Source: Saccostrea echinata (Eukaryota). From it: a DNA stretch of 64,000 bases. Every line of letters begins with the position of its first letter. Position 1 is the stretch's first letter. The stretch lies in the NCBI RefSeq assembly GCF_033153115.1, contig NW_026889803.1, positions 15,872,001 to 15,936,000 of the forward strand, written 5' to 3'. Shown in pieces: positions 46,471 through 59,970 of this stretch. Position numbers and translations under genes: made by a program. Below the pieces are notes generated by a model. It ran no database searches and was not told the origin of the DNA. It was given only the letters and a program-made list of their open reading frames with translations.

Positions 46471-47701
46471 ATACACAAGATGCATCTGATACTTGTGCAT
46501 GACATATTTAAATTTGTTAGATAGGCAAGCTTGTGCTCTGTTGTCTGAAACAAAATGGGCTTTAAAATTGATGAAAATTTGCATAAAAATGAGAAAATTC
46601 TGAAATTGGCATATGTGTGACCCTTGTGTATCCCCCAACTTAAAATCAATACTCACTTTGTATTGGAGATGACCACAGGTTTTTAATGAAGAACTATTGT
46701 AATTTTCTTAGAGATACCCAAATCCAGGGGCCAAAAAGGGGTTTAAGCCTGTCTTTCCTTTGTTCAAATCATAGTCAGTTTTACATGGGAATGTATAAGA
46801 TCTTTAAAAAAAAACACCCATATTTAGTCAACATAATGATATACAAGCATCCTCACAGATTCAATGTGTTCAAGAGCCTTAGACAAAGGTGGAGCCACAA
46901 GGGTCAGAAGGAGAGTTATCACGGCATTGCCAGGAAAGGAGTCAAAATTTAGCAAGGGAATATGTTTCTTCTCAAGAGCAGCTGGGTTACAATAACCTGG
47001 TATTCATTTTAAAATATACCCTGTAGTATTATGTTGTGTATTCAAAATTGTTCAAATCATAGCCCCCAGGTTCAGGGTGGGCCAAAGTAACAAGAATGTT
47101 CAATAAACTTCCACAGGAACAACAAGACTACAATTTCTAACCTTGACCTCAAACTTATTCTAAAATTAATATTGTTGAAACCATTAACTTTTAATTGATG
47201 GCTGTAATAAAAGGTTTCATTCTTCATCTGTAACTCAGGAGAGTCCTAGCCCATGCGTCTCTTTTCCTTGAAATAATTTAGATTGATCTCTCCTCTCACA
47301 TTCGTAAGAGACAGTTCCCTTGAGATCCCCTTGTATTAGATAATACTTAATATGCTAACAATCATCCTACATTTAAATTTACTCCATGATCATTCCTTTT
47401 CCAGCTCAAAGAGCAAGACAAGTAATTTTTATTAGGTATTTTATTAATTTCAGTGGTGCAATAAGGACATATTTAATACAGGATTTCAACAATACTGTTT
47501 ACAAACTGAAAGCCTAAATATTCTACACAAACACATACATTTTTTTTTATTTTGAAAGCATTTATACATTTTGTCTTATATCATTTGTGTGAAGAAGCCA
47601 ACGAATACTTAAACTACACTTTCTCAAGTTAAATTCAAGAGCTTGAAAGATTTTCTTGTACACTACAACCAAATTACTAAATGTAGAAATACTACTTTTA
47701 A

Positions 47702-48076
47702 GGAAGCTCTAAACACTAATGAAAAATGCTTTTTGGGCTTTGAGAAAAATATATCATATAAAAGTGCACATACTCAGTGTATCTAGTTCATTTTCAACAT
47801 AGGGTGCCTGCTTTATTTCTGCAGAAAAAATGTTCAATGACAATGAACTATTTGTGAACAGAAATCACTGTTGTTTACTTGCATTGGGAAAATTAATGGA
47901 AATAATGTATTTAATTACTTAATCTTGGTCTAACATAACATTAAGAATAACTTTAATTCATAAGAAATTGTGTCATTAACTGTAGATAGCCATTTATACT
48001 ATTTTTTCTTCTAAGGGCAGATCACTCTACCTCAATAAAACTACCCTACAAATAGCGTGCAGTGTTTAGAGCTTCC
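47702..48076. mobile_element. Kolobok-like MITE with TTAA TSD
   Basis: TTAA|GGAAGCTCTAAACACT ... AGTGTTTAGAGCTTCC|TTAA, a perfect 16-bp TIR. Confidence 0.75.
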
Positions 48077-49407
48077 TTAACTGAAGAATATCTACAACCA
48101 ACGTACATTGGAATAAAAGGTTCAAACTGCTAAAATCAGTCCATTTATCAAGTTATTACTAAAAGTTTTCTCCAGAGAACTATCAAACTTAAGTATACAA
48201 CCCAATCTGTTTTCAGCAATTTCTTGAATTGTTAAAGTTGACTTAATGAATGTCTAATTAAAAATAAAAACAACTCATTCATCTTTGATCTTCACATCAT
48301 TTTTTAGTTTACTTTTATACACTGAATTGACAACACAAAAAAAAAACAATTACTGGTACACTTATTCATCTCAGTAACTGTCCATATTTTTATATAATTT
48401 CACGCTTATAACATGTCCCATCCTCTGACTTTATGAAAAATTTAAATAAATAAAACATCAATAGATTTTTTAGCTTGCTAGAAAGTTATACATCATGGTA
48501 AATCAATGAGTTTCAAAGTTTTTTTTTTTTTTCAATTACATGTACTACAAAACCTACTACTAGTAAAAGGCAAATCTAATAAGCATCCTCTTTTCCAATA
48601 CAGTCAAACCTTGATGGGAAAAAATCAATATCAGAGGGGTCAAGATAAAGAAATTAAAATACATAAAGTGCTGGGATTTCCAACTCACTCTGACATATAT
48701 CCTGTTCGGGATATTGAAGTTCAACTGTATTTTTCATGCTCTTGTGGCTTACTTGAACGCTTAACAGTACATTTATAAATATTCCTGAAAATGTCCTATA
48801 AACAACACAGTATTTAATTTGTATCATCTGAATATTTCAAACTGCACCAATTTCTTGCACCTGGAACTTATGTTCAATAAATCTATCCCTAAAGGAGGTA
48901 AAAATTCCATACAAAAAAAAAATCTTTCACAACAAAACTTAATTCCAAATCTTTGAATGTAAATGATAAGGGTTTAGAAACATTTACATGCAATGGTTTC
49001 TCTATCAGATTTGTGTAGATACTTGTAGGCTGGTTACATTTGTATTGACTCCTTTACTAATAGATGTATGCAGTGCTAGGACAGTAATTAGCAAATTGTA
49101 TAGCTGAAACACAAGTTTCACATCATTATTTAATACAATCATCTGATTCATTTAAAAAGTGAATCATTTTATTTTTTCAGGCAAAAAAAAGCATAAAAAA
49201 GGTTGTACACTCAAAAAAAAATAAGATCCACAAAAAAGTGGAGCTCTTGACTTATTAAATGCATATTAATAGAAAACTGCATAAACACACTTTTATACAT
49301 CGATGGCCACGGACAGAAAAAAAAACATACTTCTTGCAATAATTTTCATTTATACTTGTTAAACATGCCCCAGGAATCTTCATTCATATCTAGTATTAAG
49401 AAATTTT

Positions 49408-52400
49408 TCATGCTGCATAATTGTAGACTGCTAGCCTGAAGATTTCATGCATAATGAAAAAAGCTCCCCCAGCCTCTGGACGAAGCTGAAAGACATGAGA
49501 AAATCCTAATGGTTTGTCTTGATCTGCCTGTAAAAGACAATATATTTATTAGAGTAGAAAAAGACACAAAAATTACAGAATTTTTTGTTAGTTTATTTAC
49601 AGGAAAAAGTAACTGTTCATTCTAGTTTCTTTTTTTTAAAGTGAGACAATGAAATTTGGCAACTATAGTTAGATGTACCATGTTGATTATTATGGTATCA
49701 TATGGTACCATGGTCAGTGACTTTGCATGAGAACTATGACGCTTCAGTAACCATTTCATGATTATTTCTTATTCTTAAATAACAAATTTTGGTCATGTTG
49801 GTTCTGAAATATTTTTTTTTGTTTGTTTTTTTAATCAGAATAGAAATTTTACTTTATATTTTGAAACTGATAAAAAAAAAAACCAAATTTATTGGAAATT
49901 CATGACTACTAAATTAAAGATTAATGCATTGCAGCTGCTTTTAATGTCCTGTACTTTTCTTTTCATATACATATATTCTTAAATACCCCCACCTTTGTGC
50001 CAATAGTCTATTAAGAACTACAATTTTCCTATAACAGAGCTATAGCCTCAATGTTAGGACTTGAAATAAAGCTATCAATATGTGTAACTATACAGATTGC
50101 AGATAACATCAATGGATCGTCAAAGCTTCATATTCAAATGATTTATATTGTCTAAACATTTCAATCACTTCAAAATATCAATAATTTTATCAAACATACC
50201 TGTAATTGTCCTAAGATCATAATTAAAACTCCCCCATCCAAAGTTGGTTGACAGTCTGTTTTGGTTATCACATGTTGTACTTGCTGGAAAGGTAAGCTCT
50301 GGGGGAAAGGAAAAACAAAAAACATTTATTTTCAAATAAATTTGCAAGGAAGAACCATATACATGTACTCTCAATCTGTAGTGTTCACCAAAAGCAAACA
50401 TAGGTAATCAAAGATTACGAAGCTCACCTCGACGAATGTTATCTTAAAGTAAGGCAAATTTTACATCATATTCTTTTTTTAGTTAGTGTACATCCCAAGA
50501 TCAATATCCATGCAAGTGTGGTTAAAGTACGACTTATAATTACTTGGAAATAGACCTGTTCAAAAACGTTTATCCCAGGGTTGGCAAAAAGCTGGGAAAT
50601 ACTCCTATTTCCCAGGACGGTGGGAAATACTGGTAATTACCGGGAATTACTGGTATTTCCCAGGAAATACTGGGAAATAAGAAATAGGTACATATTTTAT
50701 TCATATTGACATGTAGTACACCTTATTGGCTAAGATATCTACCTGGTATCACTGTTCCCGATTTAAAAAATTCTGGTTTCCAAGTAATTCATTTTATATA
50801 CATGTAATCATAACACAGTATATTCATATACCAATCATGAGTGCTTGAGTCAGATGTAGTCTATGCAGGTCCATGAAATGAACACAAAGATCCCAATTGG
50901 GTTTTTACGTAACTAAAGAAAGATCTAAGAAAATTCTTAAATGTAGCGTATGGTATGAATATCAAATCTAAGAAGAAGCCTTTAGTTTTACTCAAGGTAA
51001 TTATCTCTCAAAACAGGAGCACAAAACTGTCCAGAGCAATTTGTTAAAACAACATGATTGTTTGTAATAACTACAGTGTTTATAGAAGGATGAAAACAAG
51101 TTGTTTTTTTTTGTTCTTGGATTTATAATTAATAAACTAAATAATTTTACAAAACTGAAAAGAAACTTGAATTGAAAAACTTAAGTTTTTGTACAGCCAG
51201 GGAAATGTTTCAGAATGCTTTTGGGTATGGGACCTGGAGTATGTGATACATTCTGAATATGTTATATAGCAATTTGAGACATATTCCATATTATTCATCT
51301 TCTGTTTTTATGTTTATTTTATTTTTTAAATTTTGTATAAGATTGAATGAATTAGAGAAATAAAAAACTCTAATAACTTAGTATTTCCCAGTATTTCCCA
51401 ATATTTACCAGTTTAGAGAAAATTTGTAGCATTTCCCAGGACGGGAAATACCGGTATTTACCACTGGTAATTCCCACCACTGGTATTTCCCGGCCAACCC
51501 TGGAACTTTATCCTGTTTACTTATCAAGAAAATTTTGGTCAGTTCCAACATCCAAAGTATGTCTGGAAGTTTTCATCCTTAGATGCACCATCAATGCAAG
51601 TTTAATCATAACAGGCCATAATGTAAAATAGCTACTCCAAAAAAATTATCCTGGTCACTCATCTGGAAAATGTAGGTCAGATTCAGAATCCAAAGCAAGT
51701 CTGGAAGTGACCATCTCTAGCTACATCATCCAAGGTAATTTGGTTAAAATATGGCTAAAATTCACTCTTGTAGAAAAATCTAGATCGAATCCAGCATCCG
51801 AAGCATGTTGGTTAGCGTACATCCCTAGATGCATCATCCATGCAAGTTTGGTCAAGGTAAGGCTTATAGTTACTTGGGAATGGACCTGCTCCAAAAACTT
51901 TAACCTGATCACTCATCTGGAAAATCTAGGTCAGATCCAGCATCCAAAGCAAGTGTGGTAGTGTCCATCCCTAGATGCATCATCCATGCAAGTTTGGTCC
52001 AGGTAGGGCTAATAGTTACTTGGGTATGGACCTGCTCCAAAAACTTTAACCTGGTCACTTATCTGGAAAATCTAGGTCAGATCCAGCATCCGAAGCAAGT
52101 GTGATAGTGTCCATCCCTAGATGCATCATCCATGCAAGTTTGGTCCAGGTAGGGCTTATAGTTACTTGGGAATGGACCTGCTCCAAAAACTTTAATCTGG
52201 TTACTCATCTGAAAAATCTAGGTCAGATCCAGCATCCGAAGCAAGTGTGGTAGTGTCCATCCCTAGATGCATCATCCATGCAAGTTTGGTCCAGGTAGGG
52301 CTTATAGTTACTTGGGAATGGACTTGCTCCTAAAACTTTAACCGTGACGCCGACGCTAATGCCGATGCCGGGGGTATAGCATAAGCTCATCTCGACTTCG

Positions 52401-55400
52401 TTGAGGCGAGCTAAAAATTAAACTTAGCTTTTCCTAACTTGCTATTTATGACTAAAACTCGTGGACAAAATATTCTCCACCCAAATGGCAAGCAAATACG
52501 AAAAACAAGCCAATAAGAATTGCCAGAAAGGAACAATTTTCATTTGTTATTAAGGTAATTAGTTATATCTGTTAAAATCATACATTTTATAAAGGCACCT
52601 TAAAAGTTTGCATTGCATCTGAGCATTTACTGGAGTCAGTATGGTGGAAAAAAGTTGGGGTGCATTCATTTGCTTATGTAATGCAATTAAATCTGATAGG
52701 GTGGGTGACATGGAGAAGACTACCTGAACATTTCTTTAATTTATTCATATTTTAAAAATTCACTTTCAATTTTCACAAAATCAAATAATATATTTCTTGG
52801 AAAGGTGAAAAGCCAGGTGAACCTACCATTACCTTGGAAACCTGTGTCACAGGACATTCATTCTCATGTAAATTCCTCAGATGCAATCAAAATAATGTTG
52901 ACTTCTTATACAGATATGATTCATGCAGTTTTTAATGTTTAATAAAAATAATTCATAAAGAGTTAGGTTCACTTTATGCATAAAATGGCCCTGTAGATAT
53001 ACCAATTTATTGACTAACACTTTATGTTCCATTTTAAACATCAAGATATAGTAGAGACTTAGTGCTTTCATTTCCTATTAAAAATTTTCTCCTTAAAGCC
53101 AAGGTCTTGGAATACAGGCCCCATGGAATTGCAATGTTCTTGAATATTAAGGAAAACAAGTATTTGAGTACTTTCACAGAAGAGAAATAATATAAGCGCA
53201 CCCTCTGATCTAAAAAATAAAACATGTTTTGTAATCCTCAGAAATTTTTCTATCATTTAATAGTTGCATATTTTAGATCAGAGGTTGCGCTCTATATTAA
53301 ATATCGAAAAATAACTTTAAAAATTGGCTGTTTTTGTAGAATTTTTCAGGATATGAGGAAAATGATGCATTTCATGATGTCATAATGCATTGGCTAGCCA
53401 GAAAATTACGTCATTTTTGATAGATACGCAGTCATCAAAGGTCTAAATGATATTTAATGCATTTTCAACTAAAGCCAAGCAGTTTCAGTTTTTCTGAAAT
53501 TCACAGGGCCAAAAAAGGCCCTAAGTGAACCTTGTTCTTTTCAATGACTTTAAATTTCAATCTACTGAACATCTCAGATTTCAATGTGGATCAATAAAGC
53601 ATTCATTGTCAGTGGTCCAAACTGATCCCTAAATTTCAACTCTTCACTGCAAACCTAGTGCAGATCACAATGCTACTGGTTACCATGTGATCAATGAAAT
53701 TAAATTAGGCCTTTGTATTATTTTTGTTCATTGTCTTGTTGTGTGAATGATTAGATATATTAAGGAGGAATGCCATACCAAAATTTTATTTACCATAAGT
53801 TTTGGGGTATATGTCGATGGGGTGTATAGGTCGAAAGGCTCATTTTCAGCCGTAATTTTTAAAAAATCCTTAGATAAGACGATTCGGAAGAAAGGACGAG
53901 GCTTTGTTTATCGATTTCTAGAGATTCTTACGTAGATACTACGTATCAGAACATGTAAACCTCTTTAACGTAACCCGTGATATTAACGTATTGAGAAAAT
54001 AAACCATTATTTTTATGAGTACAGTATTTTAATAGTGTTTTATACAAACGTAGTTAAAACTTCCTTGAATTGTGATATAACGTATTTTCTCCAATTTGCC
54101 TGTTCAATGCCGTCGTAGTTTGACTCTGTCGTTAAACACATAAATACGGTAGTATGAAACAGCTATAATTAGGGAAATACCCGAAATCAAACAATAATCA
54201 TTTCCATTTTAGAACATCGTGGACACATTCTTTTATTCCAACATTATTTACCGGGGTAAAAAATTAACTTCGATGACCGCCATTTTTATATTTTCTTGTC
54301 CAGGGATTTGCTAAAACACGCAAATGACTATTACATGTAACAGTGCGCAAATGAAATTAATCATATTAACATGCTATAATTTTGTAAAAATAAATTTAAT
54401 TGAGAGTACATTCGCAATTTAACAGTCATCAAGAATTTCACAGTTTTGTTTGTTCAATTATGTAGAGCACTAATACCCCTGTAACGGCACGTGGATCTGT
54501 TAATCATGCCCCGCAGGTGTTTTAACCAACACAGGTGTTAACACCTTTGTGTACACAGTGTATATCCCTTTATCTGTCAGACAATTAAAATTCTATTAGA
54601 AGCCAATCTTTGTATAATTCAGTGTACCCCTTGAATACGAGGAAGCTTTCAATTCTGTCATTTAAAAAAAAAATATTTATTTTGTAAAACATAAAAAAAA
54701 AAAAAAAACCAAACTGTGAATAAAAAATAACGTATCGTGAATAAATGAATTTATAACTTCCAAAAACATATAATAGTGTATTCAAGATAAGTTCGTTTTA
54801 TTATAATTAATTAAGATATAAAACAAAATAGTTATTCGAGCGGTATATTTGGTAAATAAATTTAGGAATTTACTGGCAACAATTTACTTCACGCATTTTA
54901 CATTTAAATGAATATCACAAGACAATGAACAAATATTTAGGCATACTATTTCAATTAATCGTTACAAATAAATGGTAAAAAAAGATTACAATTGCGATTG
55001 TGAAAACTCTTCCGTATTTTAAATTTTGATACGGCTGCGGTTTTCTTTTTAGTAAATGATTGCGACTTCCAACTTCACAAGATGGACACAGCATGTTGTA
55101 AATATACTTTGAGACATTAATTACTAGATGATATACCAGCAATAAGTTTTTTTTGTACATCGACGGATATTTAATGGACCTTATTTTGTAAGAAATCAAT
55201 GGAATAAATATTTAATTCTTTATTGTTTATTATTTTTTTCTCGGTAAAATATTTTTTTAAGATACCAAAATGGCACAGATTTGCTTTAAAATTGACGTAA
55301 ATTTACTGATTTGGAGGCATTTTTCGTAAACTTGAGCATTAGATAGGTCGATTCGTTAAATAGGACGACCCCAGCGGTTCTGAGAAAAAAAGTATCGTCT

Positions 55401-57047
55401 TATCTTCCAAAACTTATGGTAGAAGGTCTTTAAGAATTCTTTTTTAAACTATGGTTTCAGCAATGAAAGACCAATATTAGCTTTTAATTATTTTATACGA
55501 ATTTTTTTGCATTTTTTCAGAGAAAGTGAAAAAAATGTTTTATTTGCAGATAAGATGCTTAATGTTTTAAAATTTGCTACTAATAAATGCATAATATGAA
55601 TGTTTAATAAAATATGTTAATAAAAGCTGGATAGACATTTTAATTTTTTAAATAAAAAATAATTTATGAAAATAAAACACATAATTTGTGAATATTTTTT
55701 AAATCTATGGTTAAAATCTTAATAAAACTAGTCACAACTAGGGAGAATATGTTAGTCAATCATATTTTAAAAAGAAATTGAAATGAAATTGAGAAATTGT
55801 AGGGAAAATAATTATTTTAATATTTTGACCAATCCCGATCAAAATTAATCTGATCCCGATCAAAATTAACACAAAATAAATAAAATAATAATTCACTTGC
55901 TTCTTTTTGTATTCACCACTGAGAAATCTATTTGATTATCAAGTTCAATTACTTTTTAACCTGTATTACACCTAAACAAACTAGTATTCTTGTAAAAATG
56001 CTATCTATTTCCAATTATTACATAATTCTGGTTGGGATCAGTTTAATTTTGATCGGGATTGGCCAAAATCAAAAAAATTATTTCTTCTAAAATTTCGCAA
56101 TTTTATTTCAATTTCTTGTTAAAATATGATTGCCTAAGATATTCTCCCTAGTTGTGACTAGTATTATGAAGATTTTAACCATAGATTTAAAAAATATTTA
56201 CAAATTATGTATTTTATTTTCATAAATTATTTTTTATTTAAAAAATTAAAATGTCTATCCAGCCTTTATTATCATATTTTATTAGACATTCATATCATGC
56301 ATTTATTAACAGGAAATTTTTAACCCTAAAGCATCTTATTAGCAAATAAAACATTTTTTTCATTTTCTATGAAAAATAGGAAAAAAATTCTTATTAAATA
56401 ATTGAGAGCTAACATTGACCTTTTAATGCTGAAACCACTACTTATCAGGGATGTCTTAAAGGTCTATAAAATACATTTTTGGTGTGGCATTCCTCCTTAA
56501 GGTGACCTTTAGTTTAAGCAATCAGATGATAGTAAATAGCATACTTGCATTTATAGTGTGTTTTGAATGGCTTATCATCAATGAAAATATAAATTACTGT
56601 ACATGTACATAAATTGGCGTATTCAAAATTTAGCGCAATCACTGGGTATGGAGTTGTTGGCAAAATCATGAATTAGTGCTATACATGTCCGTACCGTATA
56701 TTCTATTTATAAATGGTTTCTTGACAGTATTCATGAATTAGTGCATTGTTGTCTGTGCAAAAGCCGCTAAAATATGAAGCCCACTTTTTTAAGAACACAT
56801 ACAATATATTCTCAATTCTGGCCCAACTCTGATATGACCCTCAATGATTCGGTCTTCCTCGTGACATATCAATAAACAGGAAGTTAGTAGTACAGTATTT
56901 TACTGCCTTGGGCTACCTGTCATTACCTTAATTTTTTCACAAATTGCTTCTTTGCCTTGTTTTTGATCATCTTCAAATATCATTAAAGCTTCAGGCTGAA
57001 ATGAAATCAAATGACATTTAAGACACTAGAACTCAAACTTTAAAAGG

Positions 57048-57115
<68 letters not shown>

Positions 57116-58027
57116 ATGCACCTATAAACTAGTGGTAAACTAAAATCTACATAGAATATACGAAGAATAAAATTTGGCAATCATAGCGCACGCAGCGAGC
57201 GAGCTCTTACTACAAGCCTGGAAGAAGAGAAAATTCAGACTGTATAATTGATTCAAATGAATTTTTTCTGCTGTTACCTTGAGACCCATGATGCAGTGTG
57301 ATTGCATCTGGCTGGTAACTTCATTAATTAATAATTTAAATTCACGAAAAAATAAACTCACTTTAATTTAATGGATATTGCTTATACAGATAGTAGATTA
57401 AACATTCTTTGTCAAAAATTGCACTTTTCAGACTTCGTTATGGAAATACAGCTAACATACGACATCATGTGACCTCACAGTCTAGACGTTCCAAATGTCT
57501 CATGCGGTTTGATGCAGATCTCAAGGCGGATCTTATCCAGTATATATACACAACTGTACTCGTCCCATTGGTCGCACCGTCAACATATTACATGTAGTTA
57601 TTATGACATCAGTTACTATTTTAACAGGTTAGTTGAGAGTTTTAATAATATTTTCGTCTATTGAACCTATTTAGTAGGGGGGTTTTTTTATTACCTAAAA
57701 TCACAGCCAAAAACAAGCAGTTTAACTTAGAAAATGTAGTTATTTTTCCAAATTAACCAAAAATGGACGAAACAGGCTGCTTTTAAAATATGTGTGAAAA
57801 ACAAAGCAAGGTATGACTTTTATGCCTACACTTCTTATTATGGTACTTAAGTTATGATAATAAGACTGTATTCCACAAGCAAACACGACTCTATAGTCTA
57901 TATGCTTGCTCACATGATAGAACTGTGACAGTTTGGCGGCCCTTTCCTCAGAATTTCCACAACTGTCGAAGGCCTGGTAGTAGGCTGTTACAAAAGCTGT
58001 TCCTATGTCTTGAAAATTCGGGTTCAT
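49408..58027 (-). CDS. NUTF2: nuclear transport factor 2, 133 aa, 4 exons
   Basis: Exons 58027-57914, 56995-56927, 50298-50200 and 49527-49408, all phase 0 GT-AG. MNPNFQDIGTAFVTAYYQAFD..FE..QGKEAICEKIKSLPFQQVQHVIT..DCQPT..GGVLIMILGQLQADQDKPLGFSHVFQL..HEIFRL. Confidence 0.93.
50394..52417 (+). mobile_element. family A HINE-like element in NTF2 intron 2, interrupted by a MITE
   Basis: Same termini (CAAACATAGGTAATC..AGCTCACCTCGACGAA; TTCGTTGAGGCGAGCTAAAAA), ~147-bp monomers at 51500-52340, and a GACGCC microsatellite near 52346. Confidence 0.8.
50576..51502. mobile_element. hAT-like MITE nested in the HINE array
   Basis: TIR CAGGGTTGGC / GCCAACCCTG, many subterminal GGGAAATAC/GTATTTCCC repeats, and an imperfect flanking duplication containing TTTATC. 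Confidence 0.7.
53764..56496. mobile_element. 2.7-kb non-coding Kolobok-like element (TTAA TSD) with a long internal palindrome, in NTF2 intron 2
   Basis: TTAA|GGAGGAATGCCATACCAAAA ... TTTTGGTGTGGCATTCCTCC|TTAA; internal inverted arms ~55420-55870 and ~56030-56465; no long ORF. Confidence 0.78.
57052..57112. repeat. (TA)n microsatellite
   Basis: About 30 TA units. Confidence 0.95.
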
Positions 58028-58094
58028 TGTGTGTTGTGTTGTGCTGAAAGCACTATTTTATCTACCGAAACTTTCAGAACAATTTTGGATCTAT

Positions 58095-58130
58095 CCTAGA
58101 TGGCGCGTATAAATCCGGAAGTACGGAATT
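58095..58130. promoter_or_regulatory. NTF2 core promoter motifs
   Basis: AGATGGCG (YY1-like, ~58098) and CCGGAAGT (ETS/GABP consensus, 58115-58122), 70-95 bp upstream of the ATG. Confidence 0.45.
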
Positions 58131-59010
58131 TAGACAACTAGTACACTGTAAAATTCGATATTTATGGAGTAGTGGTTCAATCGAATCACACTATTTCTTA
58201 GATCGGATAGCATAATGTTTATCAAGTTCAAAGTAATGTTAATACTCTTTGACTAATTATGACCCCTTTCGAATGAGGTTCTTCTCAGGGACCCTAATTT
58301 GATCAATCTATGTAGACAGGACTCGTTATATACATGTATTTACTACTATCATGTTTTTTTTTAGACTAACAGATTCAGCATTTTGAGGGGTTTGGGTGGG
58401 GTTATTTAACTCCTGTAGATTATATATACTTTGTATATTTACTTTTAACACCCACCCACCCCATTTCTGTCCATCCTGCACTCTCATGCAGCCCGTCTCA
58501 ACGTGTCTTAGATTTTTCATCTGTATTTGTATTTGTAGTATCATTTTAATTTTGAATTTACTAGGTAGATAAATTTTGCATTTACCCCCATCCTATAAAG
58601 AACTGCGAATGCTACCTCCCTATTCCCGCCTACATTTTACACACTCATGATTCAACATGTTTGAAATATTTGCTATTTTCTCCTTTATTTCTTAAGAAAA
58701 CCATTGCCGCTTATCAGTCAGTAAACAGCAATAAGCATATCACCTGTATAGAATTCTTGAGCGGTGGCTGTTCCATTAATGAAACGTACAATGGCGTACA
58801 TATCAATAATACACTATTTCATCTACTTGTAAATCCTACTTCAAATGATTATTTGTACAGATATAAATATAAAAAATAAAATGTGTTTGTTTGTTAGTAA
58901 GGGAATTAAGCTATTGCAGAAAAAAATTACATAACGTACGCGCTTTACGCATTTTTTCTGCAACAGCTGGAACAGTAATTAAATTCCGTAAACTGTATTT
59001 GAAAGTATTC

Positions 59011-59174
59011 NNNNNNNNNNNNNNNNNNNNNNNNNNNNNNNNNNNNNNNNNNNNNNNNNNNNNNNNNNNNNNNNNNNNNNNNNNNNNNNNNNNNNNNNNN
59101 NNNNNNNNNNNNNNNNNNNNNNNNNNNNNNNNNNNNNNNNNNNNNNNNNNNNNNNNNNNNNNNNNNNNNNNNNN
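59011..59174. other. assembly gap
   Basis: Run of N. Confidence 1.
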
Positions 59175-59654
59175 TTTCAATTTTACCTTATCAGAGTGGA
59201 GCTAGAAAGGGCTTGAGGGGGGTGACAAAAGGGGGTGTGCATGTGAGAAGGGAGTGGAGAAGAAATTGAGGATCGGGTGGGAGTAAGGATTAAATGGGAG
59301 GAACAAGGGTGCCTTTATTCACAAAAATTATAGCAAGAAATCGTAAATGGAAATACTGAACCTAAGGGATAAGGTACATTGGTACCTTTGATATCTTCAA
59401 AACTGACACCTATAAAAGGTAGATTACAGGTAATTCACTGAGAGAATTAAAACCAATAAATCCGACCATGCACCAATAGTTGGTAATTTTGTTAAATATT
59501 CAAGAGCATTGTTCTAAGGAGAATCCTATATTCCAAGTCTGAAATCCAAACTTCTGTTTGGCATCATACAGTTGTTTCCTTATATAAATTTTACTATTTA
59601 CAGTTCTATACAGTGCAAATGACTTTTGAATATCAATAATATCTTCCATCATAA

Positions 59655-59970
59655 GAGGTGTTCGCTTCATGATCGGGAGATCCGGGTTCGATTCTCGTTC
59701 GCAGCGCCGCGCCAACATAGGTACTGGTAGTGACTGTTCCTTCGCCAATCGCCCGGCATTGAAAGTGAAAGTTACGGGTATTTCGGGCGAGACCTTAAAA
59801 ACCGAGGTCCCTTGTCACGGAAGGCGTTGGCTGGATACAGAACCCCCCACTGCTCAATGGCCCCGAGTATCGAGTACAGGTAGAATTTGAAGCCCTTCGC
59901 CGGTATAAATGATGACGTCTCTATCATGAGTGAGGAATTCTCGAATGGGACGTAAAACAACATACAATCA
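59655..59970 (+). mobile_element. 5'-truncated tRNA-derived SINE with TSD
   Basis: Box B GGTTCGATTC (~59684), GC-rich core and 3' end GGGACGTAAAAC-AACATACAATCAATCA; ATCATAA duplicated at 59648-59654 and 59971-59977. Confidence 0.72.

Noticed and set aside
53764-56496. Autonomous transposon
   Set aside because: No transposase-length ORF or catalytic motifs; non-autonomous.
58891-59205. ORFs spanning the N run
   Set aside because: Artefacts of the assembly gap.
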